Positions 16,040-29,228 of a stretch of DNA of 64,000 nucleotides are shown here, piece after piece (positions within the stretch are counted from its first letter, which is position 1; each line of letters starts with the position of its first letter). This stretch comes from Adineta vaga. Taxonomy: Eukaryota; Animalia; Rotifera. The translations under genes and the position numbers were made by a program. The stretch spans positions 13,392,001-13,456,000 of the forward strand of contig CP075492.1 in NCBI GenBank assembly GCA_021613535.1, written 5' to 3'. Below the pieces are notes generated by a model, which saw only the letters and a program-made list of their open reading frames with translations, had not been told where the DNA came from and did no database searches.

Positions 16040-16445
16040 TCTTTGATATCATTTCTTTTTCTTCTTTTCGAATATAATCTCATTATCCGATTATAAAAGA
16101 TTCTTATATCGTCTATTTCCTTAACAAAATCATATGGATTAAGATGTTATTATTGGAAGTAGTTTTTCTATTTGATGATAATATATTACAATATAATCTT
16201 TTGCATAATTTCTCCACTGAATATTTCCTTGCATTTAGCGAAAATATCTCGATAAATTCTCATTTTTTTTTCATAATAAACATCATTTAATAATTGCTTC
16301 GTTTGCTTCCAGTCACTAATACTATTTTTGGTAATCACGTTTTTTATTCTTGAAGATTTAGCAATACTACATTGAAGTTTATGGTGTACAGACCAACTTC
16401 GTTATTGATCTTTTTTCAAATATAGACAGTTGGTTCACACTGACA
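16040..16445 (-). pseudogene. Degenerate MYND-finger-containing gene relic
   Basis: The minus strand reads CQCEPTVY then, in another frame, KKDQ*RSWSVHHKLQC. This resembles the MYND tail C-x3-C-Q-x3-W-x2-H-x3-C, with stops and frameshifts. Boundaries are approximate. Confidence 0.35.
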
Positions 16446-16559
16446 TCAAAATATTTAATTTTATACAAATAAAACTTTCTGACTAGTTTCAATGTTCTTT
16501 TGTTTTGAACTTTAAGTGCTTAGTGTTGCGATGGTGTTAGAGAGATTGTGGATGAATTC

Positions 16560-17292
16560 GGATCGGCTTTTTCCATTAGAATAATACAGTAAATGTAGGA
16601 TGTAATAATGATAAATGTTGTAATGAATGATTCAATCTGCAATCGCTCTGTACTTTTAGACATAGTACTAGTGATTAGATGGCAGATATAAAAAATACCA
16701 AAAGGACCTACACTAATCACGACTAAAAACATTTGCATCATTGTCATTTTCACCAATTGACGATCAGCATGTTGATCAGTAAGTCTGATTGTGCTTTGTA
16801 TATTCCGTTGAGTTTAATCATCCAAAGATTACCATGATTGAAATCGAAATAGCAAATTGATAAACGACACCACATATGGAAATATATGATCGATAAGCAT
16901 CATTATCAACTGCACAAAAATTTGTTGGAGGTAAAATATTCATAGAAATCAAAGTAGAAATTTCATGAAGAGCCCAAAAATAACTGTAATCAATGTTAAT
17001 TGATGTGCCCATTTTATATTACTACAACGGCGTAAACGTGCATCGTTTGATGTAATAAAGAATTAATCAATTGTAGCTAAGCATGAATAAATAATCCATA
17101 ATTTCTCAGTTTACACCACAGAATTGATGTACGAGTTGCATTAATTTCAGAACTTTTTGTACTTACAATACTTAATATTAAATTAATTAGTACAGAAATA
17201 TTATTAACAATTGAACCGGCCAGAAAACAGAATGCAGAATGACTTGTAAGATACAAAACAATTAATTGTTGACTAATATATGCGAGTGACAG
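16560..17292 (-). pseudogene. Decayed copy of the orphan GPCR family
   Basis: Fragments SLAYISQQL, SCLATID*FFITS, DQHADRQLVKMTMMQ and ERLQIES match the GPCRs at 127-2539, but with stops, frameshifts, a deletion and no ATG. Confidence 0.75.
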
Positions 17293-18039
17293 GATACTGT
17301 TGTATTAGTTGATGATAAAAGAGTAATAGATAGGTTGAGTATCAACTTATTATTTTATTTTATTTTTCAGAGTAATATATTTGTTATGACAGATAACAAC
17401 GTCATTTGTTTGTTTTATAGAAGGTTCTATACTTTCTAAGATTATTAAATGCAGAGTAAAAGAGAATATGGAGAAAGTTTCCTAGTCTTCTAAATATTAA
17501 ATTCCAAAGAAACGTCGCTATTTTCTGAAAGATGTCTCGTTTCAAAGATTACTTCTTATAATCAAGATTTTAGTTTTATATTTCTGAATTTGAAAAATCT
17601 CTTCAAAAATAAAGATAAAGAGAACTTTATGTATAAAGGCATTGTCTTTCATCTGTGACAGAATGTATAATACAACAAAATTACTATTTATTTCACCCCA
17701 CAATATATTCTATTTATATCTCGTAATTATATTATTAATATCGATAATTATTTGATCGCTAAATTAAACCTCTAAATTATGAATTTATAGAAGTTTATAA
17801 TATTAGAGGTTGACCATCGTGAAGAATATAATTTTCTTAGATGAATTCGTCAGATAGAAGATAGATATATCATCTTATCAGCATATTTACTTCGTTGTTA
17901 CAATACATCTTATATAATTCAAAGGTAACTCTCAATGACGTAGACACTGGTTATATAATTCTTTTGTTTCTATTTATATCATTGATTCGCTTTTTATTTC
18001 GATCACAACTACAACTAATAGTTAATAAAAGGTATAGAA

Positions 18040-18687
18040 ATGAGCCGTTTTTATCTACTCAATCTGCTCTCCATCATGCTAGTATATGCATGGCCAGATA
18101 TGCCATGTCGAACACCACCACCGGCAGCTAATTATACGATTGAAAAGGTATTATTTATTATCTTTCATCTAATTTATCAATTAATAAAAATATCATTTTT
18201 CTATCAATAGTACATTGGTCGATGGTTTGAAATTGGTAAAATTCAAACAGCTGGTGGTGCTTTCTTTGAAAAAGATTGTGTATGTACTCATATTGATGTC
18301 GATCAAAATTCTGAAGATCCATCTGAAGTCGTTGTTTCAAATATTTGTAATAAAAAAACATTCGATGGTAAACTAATTATTGCAAATGGAACATTGACTA
18401 GCATACGAAAACCGTCTGATGGTCGTTATAATGAGACTATCTTTCCTGTCACTGTTCCTGTTGCATACAATATTATCGTACTTCAATCAGATGAATACAG
18501 TATCGAATATGATTGTATAACAGAATATGGTTTTACAAACTATTGCGTACATATTCAATCCCGTCAACCAACACTCAATGAAACAATTTTGAATAATTTA
18601 TTAAAATTTATTGAACCGTACAATTTGAATCCGAAAAAACTCGATTTTATACGAACAAAACAAATGAATTGTACTTATAAATCATGA
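18040..18687 (+). CDS. Secreted lipocalin (ApoD-like); 2 exons (18040-18147, 18211-18687)
   Basis: Signal peptide MSRFYLLNLLSIMLVYA and N-terminal Cys. SCR1 motif YIGRWFEIG follows the intron; SCR3-like IQSRQPTL and a C-terminal Cys. Both exons splice in phase 0. Confidence 0.8.
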
Positions 18688-19402
18688 TATATACTTTCAT
18701 AGGATCGATGTATTTAGAGTAACGAAATGTGATTGCGAATATAGTTTCTGTGTCAATCGTTTTTTCTCTCAAGAAAACAATACATATTGATTGAAAATAT
18801 TCAATAGTTTTACACATAATGAAATGATGTCGATAGAATCAAATAAATTCTAATAGAACAAAGAGATATAGAGTTTCTATAATTTCATACACGAACACTT
18901 GACAAATAACAATTATTAATAATTCTTGATCTCTTCGTCGAATATTACTATTTCTAAATTGGATGGATACACAAATGTATTTATTATCTAATATTTCGAT
19001 GAGTTAGATAGGCAAATATATTCATGATTATTGTTGAAAGTATCTTTCTTTTACGGTAATTCTTATCTATCAATATTCAAACCATCTAAATTTGAATCAC
19101 TGTCGTATGATATAGAGATGAACTGAAAATTCTATATTATTCAGTTTCTCGTAGAATATGGATAACTAAATTCTCCGTGAAAATATGACATTATCAAAAT
19201 TCACAACTGGAAAATCTGACTCTTCTAGGTTTTCGGATTTATCCTTAGAGGTGTACACCAATGTGTTACAAACGATTTCCTTATTATCATTCAAGTTTAA
19301 TAGTTGATATAATGTTAGTAGTTTGATCAGAAATTTTGCAAGGATTAGATTACATGAATTCAAATCTAAATATGACACTTTCTGCTGCAAATACAAATAT
19401 TT

Positions 19403-21768
19403 TTATTTAGAATGATGTTCACACTTTAAGGGAATATGATTTATCAAATTTTGTTTAGAATAAAAGTCTTTAATATATTGTGGTGATTCGACAAATACAA
19501 GAACCATTCCAAGTTGTAAATGCCGATCGTTATGACAATGTAACATCCATATACCTGGATTATCTGCTTTAAAACGCACAATAATATACGAATACGGATT
19601 AACAGTAAATGTATCTCGATAAATTGGATTATTGAAATTGAGATCAATAGTTTCTAATGTTGTTTCATTTAAATATCCATCATTTGTATTTCCTTGAGCT
19701 AGTACCCAAACATGATGACCATGAAGATGAAATGGATGAGGAGCAAAATCGATATTATTTATAATCATATCAATAATTTCATTATTTTCAATGTATACAA
19801 TTGATGACAGAGATAATTCTTGAAAATTCTTATGAAGAAGTAATGCTAATAAACTTGTATTAGTTGGATGAACAAATGTTTTGTTATTTAAATAAAAATG
19901 TCCAGGTTGACTACCTTTATGTTGAGAATTAAACATCAATCTTCTAACATTACTTTTAATTGGAACTTTTGACTTCATGGGAACCAATTCTAATTCATCA
20001 CTATACATTTGTCCAGTTGTTATCGATTGATTATTATCAAATAAATTGATTGATGAATTTATCTCGATATTTTCATTGATATATTATCAAATAGCCTTTA
20101 TATTTGGTTGAATTGATGATTTATACTGATTATTATAATCAAGGAATGGATGCATAGTTGTTTGTATCAAATAATTTCTATAAACATTTGTTTTCCCAGT
20201 AATTAATGCAGAATACCTTTGTCCAGGATTTAAACGAAGAGTTTTAACATATTTATTTCCATTAAGATAAATTCCATCGATTTCAATCAATCTCATATCA
20301 TGTTGATCAATAGTTAATGTTATTGTAGCATAAACGGATGTATTTATAATACGAAATCTTTTTGTTTGACTCGATTTAATAGATATACGATAGAATGAAC
20401 ATTTTTTATTTAAATCACAATCATATTGTCCAATACCATTAAAAAGAGCTGTATCCGGTATGGCATCTAGTATACCTGGATATAAATAAGATTTTAAATG
20501 AATATGAGCTGGTGTATGATACCAATCTGTTAATTGAAGAATTTCTTCATCTTGATAAAACATTTCCCATGGATCCTTGGGATCTTTTATGATTAAAACA
20601 CCTTTAAGTCCATCACCATATTGCATTGCATAATGTGAATGATACCAATAAGTACCTGATTGGTCGTTAGTAGAATATTTGTATTGAAATGATTGACCTA
20701 GTAATATTGAACATTGAGTAACACCATCCATATGTAAAGTATTTCGTTGTAATAAACCATGCCAATGTATTGCTGTTGGCTCAGATGATTCATTAATTAA
20801 TGTTATATTAATTATATCGCCTTGTTTTACAATAATAGTAGGCGCTGGAATTTGATCGTTGAGTGATAAAATTTCTCTCGAATAAGTATCTGGAGAAGCG
20901 CTGAACCATCGAACACGAAATACAGCATTGTAAATACGAATATTTTCTATTTAATTAAATAGAATGAAAAATTTGTTCAGCTATTATTTTCCTCTGAAGA
21001 ATGTTCGTATTACTGCTTACTTTTCGATAGAGATGAGGTTGAAGATTGTGATACATGAAAAAAAAAGACTATTTAGATTAAAATTCGAATTTGGTTGTAA
21101 GGTTAACCAACATTTAGCGTATGAATTTACAAATTCTTGTAATGGTATATTCAACACATGTCCAAGATCATGTCGATCAGATGCATATTCAATTGAATTA
21201 CCAAGTCTATCACATAAAATATCATCGTTGCTACCATGAAAAGTTATTCGTATACTAATTATTTGATTTATATTATTCAATTGACCAATTATTATTTTAC
21301 CATTGAATACATAGTTCAGATCAGCAGTAAACCGTAATTGATATATATATATCATTTTGTAATCCATTGTCAATGATAATATTTGATAATTTTACATATG
21401 TCAAAGTATTACCAGCATAAACATCATTCAATTTACTTAAAAGATCTTCTAATGGAACAGTAAAACCAAACGATAGCAAAAAAAGAAATATTTCTATGTA
21501 AAAGTTAACTACACACTAACTTGATATTTCGTTTTCGTTACTAGAGAAGACATCGAAGTTATTATCGTTTATCGCATAATCATCACTTTCTTGATTTTTT
21601 ACAGAAACGATCTGTGGAATAGCATATATGAAAGTAGAATTTCAAAATTAAAAACTTACAAAATGAATTGATATCTATATTACTGGAATCAAACTTTTCA
21701 TAATGTTGCTATGTATCAATGATGAAAACTAAAGAAGTTTTATAGAATAAAAACAAAACAGATGTCAT
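19403..21768 (-). pseudogene. Multicopper oxidase (laccase/Fet3-like) with an N-terminal extension, disrupted
   Basis: All four Cu motifs present: IHWHG, YWYHSH, HPFHLHGH, HCHNDRH..GM. In-frame TGA TAA at 20084-20089. The upstream exon (ORF 21017-21373) splices via intron 20947-21020 only after correcting a poly-T frameshift. The 5' boundary is uncertain. Confidence 0.8.
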
Positions 21769-22627
21769 TTCAAAGGCTATAGAAAGAAGAAGAGAGATTG
21801 ATTTTTTCAGCTATCATAATAATACGTAAATAAAAACTCGCCTTTTTTCATTTTATTCTGTTCCACATTTTAGTTTATATCTTTAAAATCGTTTTAGTAA
21901 ATCTATATTTACAAAATCATATATTCTTAGTAACTATGTGTTACGATTCATTGTGGTGATTTTTGTTTCATTTGACATCTGGTTTTGTTTTTCTCCATTC
22001 TTTTTCCTTGTCAGGAAATAAATATTTTACATTTGTTACTTGTATGATTATTACAAAGACAAAGATATCAGTATAAATGAGTTTAGTCAGATTAGGTATG
22101 ATATATCAACCTTACAATATTTTTCATTCCCTGTACAAATCTACTTTCTATCTTTTATATGACTTCTTACACTCGAAAACGATTTATTAGAGAAAATAAT
22201 GAGATCGCTCAATAATATTTGAAATTATATAGTAAACTGCATATTGAGTTTATATTCTGATTTGATTTCTTGAAAAATTAATATAGTGAAATGATAATGT
22301 TCTCATATTTTCAACTTCCATAGATTTAATTTTATATGAACAAAACAAAGGAAAACGATTTATCAATGGGAACTTTGAGAAACTTTTTTTTTCTGCTTCA
22401 ACAGATAATTCTTGATCGTGACTGTTTGCTAATCGTTTGATTTCAATATTGCTCATGATAAGTTCTTTGTAATATATGATATATTATTTCTAATTGACGT
22501 AAACAAGACACGGAAATAAATATATGTATGAATTAAGGAGTCTTTGAATAGTATATTTTCATATATTATGCACGATTATTTACTGCATGGTGAGTTATCT
22601 TTGCTAATTGAAAAGATAATATAAATT

Positions 22628-23767
22628 CTACGATGGAATCGGAACACAAGGTTTTGGTATCGCTAATTCAACGGATTGATTTCTGTCAAATGCATGACGT
22701 GTAGTGTTATTTGTAACGGGGTTAATATGACGATTTCTTCCGTACCATCCGCATGTTGCCATCAATTGCACCATTCTTAATAGTTCATTACGAAATGAAT
22801 ATGAAGCTATTGTATACAAATAAAATGATAAAGTAGGAAAGAGATAAATAACTGCTTCAGCGATAAAAAGAGCAAATCTTTCGACAGCTACACGTTCAAC
22901 TGATTTATTTCGAACATTTAATGATACAGCATTGTAAAAATAGATGCCCATTAAAGGTGTTATTAAAATGACGTAAACGCATATTTGAACAAGTAACATG
23001 AATAAGACTTGCCGGTCACGTTTGCGTTGTACATACTGTTCGTTATTTCCTCCTTCCAATATTTGACGATGGTTCGGTTGACGACGTCGTTGTTTAAGAA
23101 CAAGATTACGATAAATAAGTAAAGCACATGTAATCATTATTGAAACCGGTAGAACACTACCACAGATCGTTGTAAAAAGACTATGATACAGTGACATTGT
23201 AATGTTATTATGGATACTACAGATATTTCCAAATGCATCGTAGTAGATTAGAAGATGAACAGGTAGTATGAACCAGACGATTATAATCACGAATATAGTA
23301 CGGCAAGCGATACGAATATCGGCAAAATTTCTTAAACGTTGTTGAACTGAGGAAAGAGCAAACCGATCAAAACAAGCCATTGTTAAACACCAACGATACA
23401 TCATCGAACTAGATTGAAGGATATAAATACGTAGTTTACAAAAGATTCCGCTATTTAAAGTAGGATCTGCATAATTTATTGCATACATCGTTGTTCCAAC
23501 ACCGAAACTCAAATTGATTAGCATGGTTACAGATGCCACAATGAAATCTACGATAAAAAAAAGCCTTTGCGAGATTTTCTGTTAAAATGAAAAGCATAAC
23601 TCACATGTACAACAAGAAACAGTTCGATACTGTCGTTGAGTCAAAAGTATAATATTGAGACAACAACCAGTTATACCAAAAATTAAATAGACTGAGTATA
23701 AATATCGCGTAACTTGTTGTTGAATAAAAAACAACGTACTACTCAATGTGATATTTGTCGAAGTCAT
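22628..23767 (-). CDS. Orphan class A GPCR; 2 exons (23605-23767, 22628-23547)
   Basis: 7TM with FCKLRIY, MACFDRF, RKRDRQV and FYLYTIASYSFR. GT-AG intron 23548-23604 restores the frame (CCT/YFIVAS). Confidence 0.88.
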
Positions 23768-24181
23768 TTCCTAATGTATCCAATAGAATGAATGAATCTG
23801 CAATTTAGACCTTGATAGTATTCTATATGGATGCCGGTTCAATCGCTAAATTGAACATACATCTATCGAGAGAATCGTAATAATGTCTAGAAAGTATTTT
23901 TGTGTAAAGATAAATAGAAAAAAGAAATATAACTGACTTGCTTTCTTAAGATAAGAATCTCTAGAACATTTTATATGATTAAAAATTGTTTTAGTCGATC
24001 ATCATGTTGTTCTTCAAGAGTGCATCTTTCTATGCATTCCTTTGTTTCAACTCTCGATAGAATCATTAAGAATTCTCGTCATATAAGATTAAAAGGTAAT
24101 CTTCTCATTTGACTTCTTTATATTCTTATTTAAGAAAGATTTTAACAAGGGAATGACAAACAAAATAATTAAAAACATATT

Positions 24182-25469
24182 TTATAATGATGTTGTTTCA
24201 ATCTGAACAGGAATTTTAGTGACAGGTTGAAGTCGTTTTTGTTTTTGTCGTAATAATTCTGTATAAGGAAGTTCTGAAATGACCAAATCTCGACATACTT
24301 TGTTCAATTTTTGATCTTTTCTATAATGTACAATCATCGTTTTTGAATCTTTATTATTACCACATTGATTAAACATTTTCATTCTTAAAGATTTCAAAGT
24401 ATCGATTTCTTTTTGCATTCTTTCATGGCCAAATTTGGTTGTTAAACGAGTAAGTTTATCGGAAAAATGTTTATATAAAAGTTCATCTGCGACATTGAAC
24501 AAACGTATTCGTTGTTTCAAAGATTTCTTTAGATTTTGAACACCATTACTAGATCGAGCATTATGTCGAAAAACAATAATATCCTTTATAGGCCAACATA
24601 AAAGATGACGTAGATGAATTAAAGATTCATCCATTCGATCAGCAATCATAACTAAATGAAATTGTGATTCAATTGAACGAATGAATTCATGAACAATTTC
24701 CAAATTATCGAAATGTTCAACATTAAAACCAAGATCAAAAGACATTTGATTGCGACCAAATTTTGCTAGATGTCGTCGAGTTGATAGTGCATGATAAGCC
24801 GATATATTTGGAGAAATGGAAAAGAATGTTTCCAAAAAATGAATCGAAGAATTTTCATGAAATAAAAACTTTAAATTATAATACGAAAAAAGTGATTCAA
24901 TTAAACTAACAGGGTCACGAAGAATAGTAACGAATATTGTATTAATTGGCATAATAGATTTCATTTCTTGATAATTAAATCTTGCATGATGTGTAAAGAT
25001 ATTATTTTGACTAGTTAATGTACTTTGATTATATTGTGATTCTAACATATTTCGATGAAAATGTTGAGGATGACCAAAATAATTATATTTTGCTGGTAAA
25101 ACAAATGTTAGATTATTTCGATCACCATAACGAAGAAAAATATTTTGTATAGTTGAAGAACCTGTTTTATGTGTTTTTAGAAAGAGAATATTTCGTTTTG
25201 GTTGACATGTATGTCGTTTTCTTGTCGTTAATTTTGTAGATCTTTTTATAGGAATTGTTTTGAAAGAAAAAGTTCGTTTCATTCGAGTTCTTGGATGTGT
25301 TGTAGTACTAGAGAGAAAACAAAATATTGAATAAGAAATTCTAAATTCAAATAATAATGTATACATACACTTTACTCATATTAATAATGAAAATAATGAA
25401 AGAAATCAATAGAAATAGAAATAATAAGAATATAAGTACAACTTTTTTCTTAACAAATATATGCACCAT
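24182..25469 (-). CDS. Galactose-3-O-sulfotransferase (GAL3ST/cerebroside sulfotransferase family), type II membrane; 2 coding exons
   Basis: 5'-PSB motif FLKTHKTGSST, 3'-PB motif TILRDPV..ESLFSYY, NQMSFDLG and DESLIHLRHLLCW. The TM anchor is in exon 1 (about 25369-25469; the start could be a few codons upstream). Confidence 0.9.
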
Positions 25470-27427
25470 GGTAAATTTCATACACATATAAAATAATGTT
25501 AATACAAATCAATCATGAATGAATGATTGATATCTAAAATTATTTGTGTTCAATCATTCTGAATAGCCAATATATGTTGGAAAAGAATGCGATTAGAATT
25601 CTATTCAATTATAAACACTTCTTTGGAAATTTTAAATATTTCTCATCATTTCTACTTGAATAACGATAAAAGTTTTGCACTATGGGTATTCGAAAAATAG
25701 AATAGATTTACAAGTAGCCACGGATGTCAATGAATCAATAAGGATTCAATAATCTACAAAAACTCATTACAATTCAAGACGAGTATAACGAAAAGAACAT
25801 CAATATAGATGAAGAATCACGTAGAAATTATACATGACATAATGCTAATAAATTTCAACTCTCCTCCTTTCTTTGTACTTAATAATGTGTGGATTATAAT
25901 CAAAACAAAAACGCAAGTTTACTTCTCCGACTAAACTGTTGTTCATGTCTGTTTATCGACAATTTTAACTGAAATAAAACATTTTTTTTCTCTTTTCTTT
26001 CTCCAACACGTACAGATTGCTTCTTTTTTTAAACCGAAGATATTTACGTATGTTTGTCCTTCATTCTTTTTTATTCATACAATTGTCCGAAGAACAATTT
26101 TCTTTGTTCCATTTCTTCATCGATAAAAACTTGTGGAACATGACGAAATTATATTTTCAAAAACGTTTTTTTTCTCTCCATATCTACGATATGTTTCTGA
26201 AAAATTGTTAAGTTCATTCGTTTTTTAACATGTGCGAAAAGATTCGAGTATTTTATTACGGATTCATTTTTGTACTTCTGTCTTACAAAAGAAAAAACAT
26301 ACAATGCAGAAGAGAAAAGGGTAGATGTGAAAAAAACTGACTGTCATGAATGTTGCAGGAATAAAAAATGAGGAGGAGAATCGAAGGTAGAATGAATCAA
26401 GTCCTTCAATTCGATCGTTGGAAGGTGTACAATTAAAAATGATAAAACTATTGTTATCAATTCACTTTTGATAATATATTAATAATGGTTACATAAAATT
26501 TTAGATTTACAAACACAGAATAGAATTAACCAGTAAAAAAACAAATTCTGTCCTCTTTTTCTTGAGATAATGTATTGAAAATATGAATAGTAATTAGTGA
26601 ATTATGATGATTTACATGTCTCATAAGAATTTTCAATAGATTTATAGAACATGGTAAAACTCGTATGACGTGTAAGCAATCATAAAGTAAAAGATCATAT
26701 TGCTTAGATTTTCATTTCATATTAGCGATTCTTTTACAAAAAAGATTCATCTATCGATCAGAACTTAAAAAAATAATACTAAATCATTTGTATTTCATCA
26801 TAAACAACAATTGCTTTCACAAACTGCGTCATGTAAGTATTAAGAAAACAAACCATACTCAGTTCTTTTTTTTCTCAAAAACTAGGCATCATAAAAACAA
26901 ACTCTCACAATCCTACTCTATGTTAAAAAATGAATTTTTTACTTCTTTAATATTGCTTTACATTCAAAAGTAAAAAGGTAACGAAAACGTTTAGAGTGTA
27001 AAATGGGATTAGACATTTTGTTTTGATTAATAACAATTCTCTTCTGTCTTCGTCTGCAAATGAAATTAATTGAGACAAAACTAATGAAAAATCGTTATAA
27101 TACAGAAAAAACCGCCCATGGCATACTTGTTCTCAGTTAGTTTTGTTTTCTTAACTGAAATATATGATGAATAAAAAAATTTATTTTATTTTTTTATACT
27201 GTTTATCACTTTGATCACATAGAATAAAATGAAGGTAGAAAATGCTGAAACATTCGTATGTTTTTCGAATTCTTTCAGTAGAAAGCATCAGAACTTTTTA
27301 TTGTAATAGTTCTACGTAAACACGATGGTTTCTTTTTGTAGATAAATGTGTTGTTAATTCATTTTTGTCGATCATTAAAAGACGCAGCTAATCAGTTACA
27401 TGCAAACGTGTTTTTTTTGTAGACAAC

Positions 27428-28435
27428 ATGTATTCATCACCATCCAATAACTCGACGAAAATAAGTCAAATTAGAATATTAACAAAATATCTATGTTTAA
27501 CTTTGCTTCTTATATATATCGGATTACTACATATAAAAATACCACCAAGAATCATTATCAGAACACTATCGCTTAATGAAACAATGACCCAAAGGTTACC
27601 AGTTGAAACGATGTGTTATGCATCCGATGGTGTTTCATATCAGCGTAATCATTTACGAAAAGTATATCGACGACGAGCAGGTCATACCAGTGCATATGTA
27701 GCAGAAAATGATTCATTATCGATTACTTATATAACAAAAAACTTTACTGATTTTAGTGAATTTGTTAATTTTTCTCGTACGAAAATTTTATCACGTCGTT
27801 TAATCAATAATAGTCGTTCGATTGAAACTATTTTTCGTAATCCTCGACATCGCGATATGGTTACACCATCTTGCGACGGTTTATGGATGGAATTTGGTGT
27901 CTTTAGTGGTACGACTTTGAGACACATAGCAGATTGGAAGCGTATACATTGTGGTAATAATAGTCAATCAGTATATGGTTTTGATACATTTACTGGATTA
28001 CCGGGAGATTGGAGAGCAGGATTTAAACGTGGACTTTTCGCTTTACCCAATGGAACAAAGATATTAGTACCAAACAATACTGTCTTAGTTAAAGGTCTTT
28101 TTATCGATACACTTCCAATTGAACTTCTTCGATTTGATCAACAATCTCATTGTCATACTCCTGTTTCATTTGTACATATTGATTGTGATTTGTACGAAGG
28201 TACAAAAGATGTTCTCTTTCTACTTGGAAATCGATTTGTAACAGGAACAATTCTAGTATTTGATGAATTATTTAATTATCCAGGTTATGAACAACATGAA
28301 CTCAAAGCATTATTCGAATTTTTATCAGGTTCAAATATACGACTAATACCTGTAGGTTCAAGTACTGACATTTCACTACATCCGGAAAAAGATGCATTAA
28401 TACAATCATTTGCATTTATCGTTAGCTTAGAATAG
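27428..28435 (+). CDS. TylF/MycF/NovP-like class I SAM-dependent O-methyltransferase with N-terminal membrane anchor; intronless CDS
   Basis: Motifs MEFGVFSG, YGFDTFTGLP, VKGLFIDTLP, HIDCDLYE and LVFDE. Hydrophobic stretch YLCLTLLLIYIGLLHI near the N-terminus. Confidence 0.85.
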   Translation: MYSSPSNNSTKISQIRILTKYLCLTLLLIYIGLLHIKIPPRIIIRTLSLNETMTQRLPVETMCYASDGVSYQRNHLRKVYRRRAGHTSAYVAENDSLSITYITKNFTDFSEFVNFSRTKILSRRLINNSRSIETIFRNPRHRDMVTPSCDGLWMEFGVFSGTTLRHIADWKRIHCGNNSQSVYGFDTFTGLPGDWRAGFKRGLFALPNGTKILVPNNTVLVKGLFIDTLPIELLRFDQQSHCHTPVSFVHIDCDLYEGTKDVLFLLGNRFVTGTILVFDELFNYPGYEQHELKALFEFLSGSNIRLIPVGSSTDISLHPEKDALIQSFAFIVSLE

Positions 28436-28755
28436 ATTGTAATATCGGTCAAACATGAATTCAATTAAATATAAAAACAGATATCTGTGTGTCATTTCCT
28501 TCCATTGTCTTACGATTCTATGTGTTCGTTCTATATGAAAAAAGCTTAGTCATATGATAAATAAATAAATAAATAAATAAATATATATATAAGATTTTAG
28601 AATTTTGATAGTGATTTATGTGCATCATATTACACCCACACATCCTTAAGTAAAAGAAACACTATTGAAAATAGATGATTTCAATATTTTATTTCTTCGA
28701 TTATAATCGACAGAATCAAAATGACTAAATGTCAAACGGAACTACTTAATATATT

Positions 28756-29228
28756 TTATTTAAGAAATCGTTGAATATGAACTGCTTTTTCATCGCTATC
28801 TTTATTTAAAAGACGAGTAACGATAAGATCACCAATACCCCATGTATCAAAATTTGATGAGACAAGATCAGAAGAGATTTTTCCATTATCTTGATAACAA
28901 GCGTAGATTTTCACTGTTTTTCTTTTGTCTAATCTAAAATTATTCGGCAGAATAAATGAGATTTCTGGTCGATTGTCAACTTTTCGAAGAAGACACCATC
29001 CAGTTAGATCGACATCTTTCAATGTTGAAGTATTTGCCAATTGAATATATTTACCATCTGATGAACATTCATCTATGCATACAGGACCTAAATGATAAAC
29101 TATGAAGATTTAATTCAACCAAAACACAAATAAGACAAACCTTTCGCTGAACACTGAACAGTAGGTTTTAATCGAATTTCATCGATTTTTTTAGATGTGT
29201 CTCCATTCGTAATTGTGCTCGTCTCCAT
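28756..29228 (-). CDS. Stand-alone lamin-tail (Ig-like LTD) domain protein; 2 coding exons (29141-29228, 28756-29087)
   Basis: SAKGPVCIDECSSDGKYIQLANTS..DVDLTGW.L.R...F..P..F.L...TVKIYA...WGIG...TRL.N...EKA is the LTD signature. No coiled-coil rod exons were found upstream. Confidence 0.8.

Noticed and set aside
18900-19396. LRR-like fragment downstream of the laccase
   Set aside because: Only a weak LxxLxL pattern with many stops; not enough to assign.
20084-20089. Stop-codon readthrough, selenocysteine or an alternative genetic code in the laccase
   Set aside because: There are two consecutive different stops plus independent frameshifts and missense decay, and neighbouring genes use TGA and TAA as normal stops.
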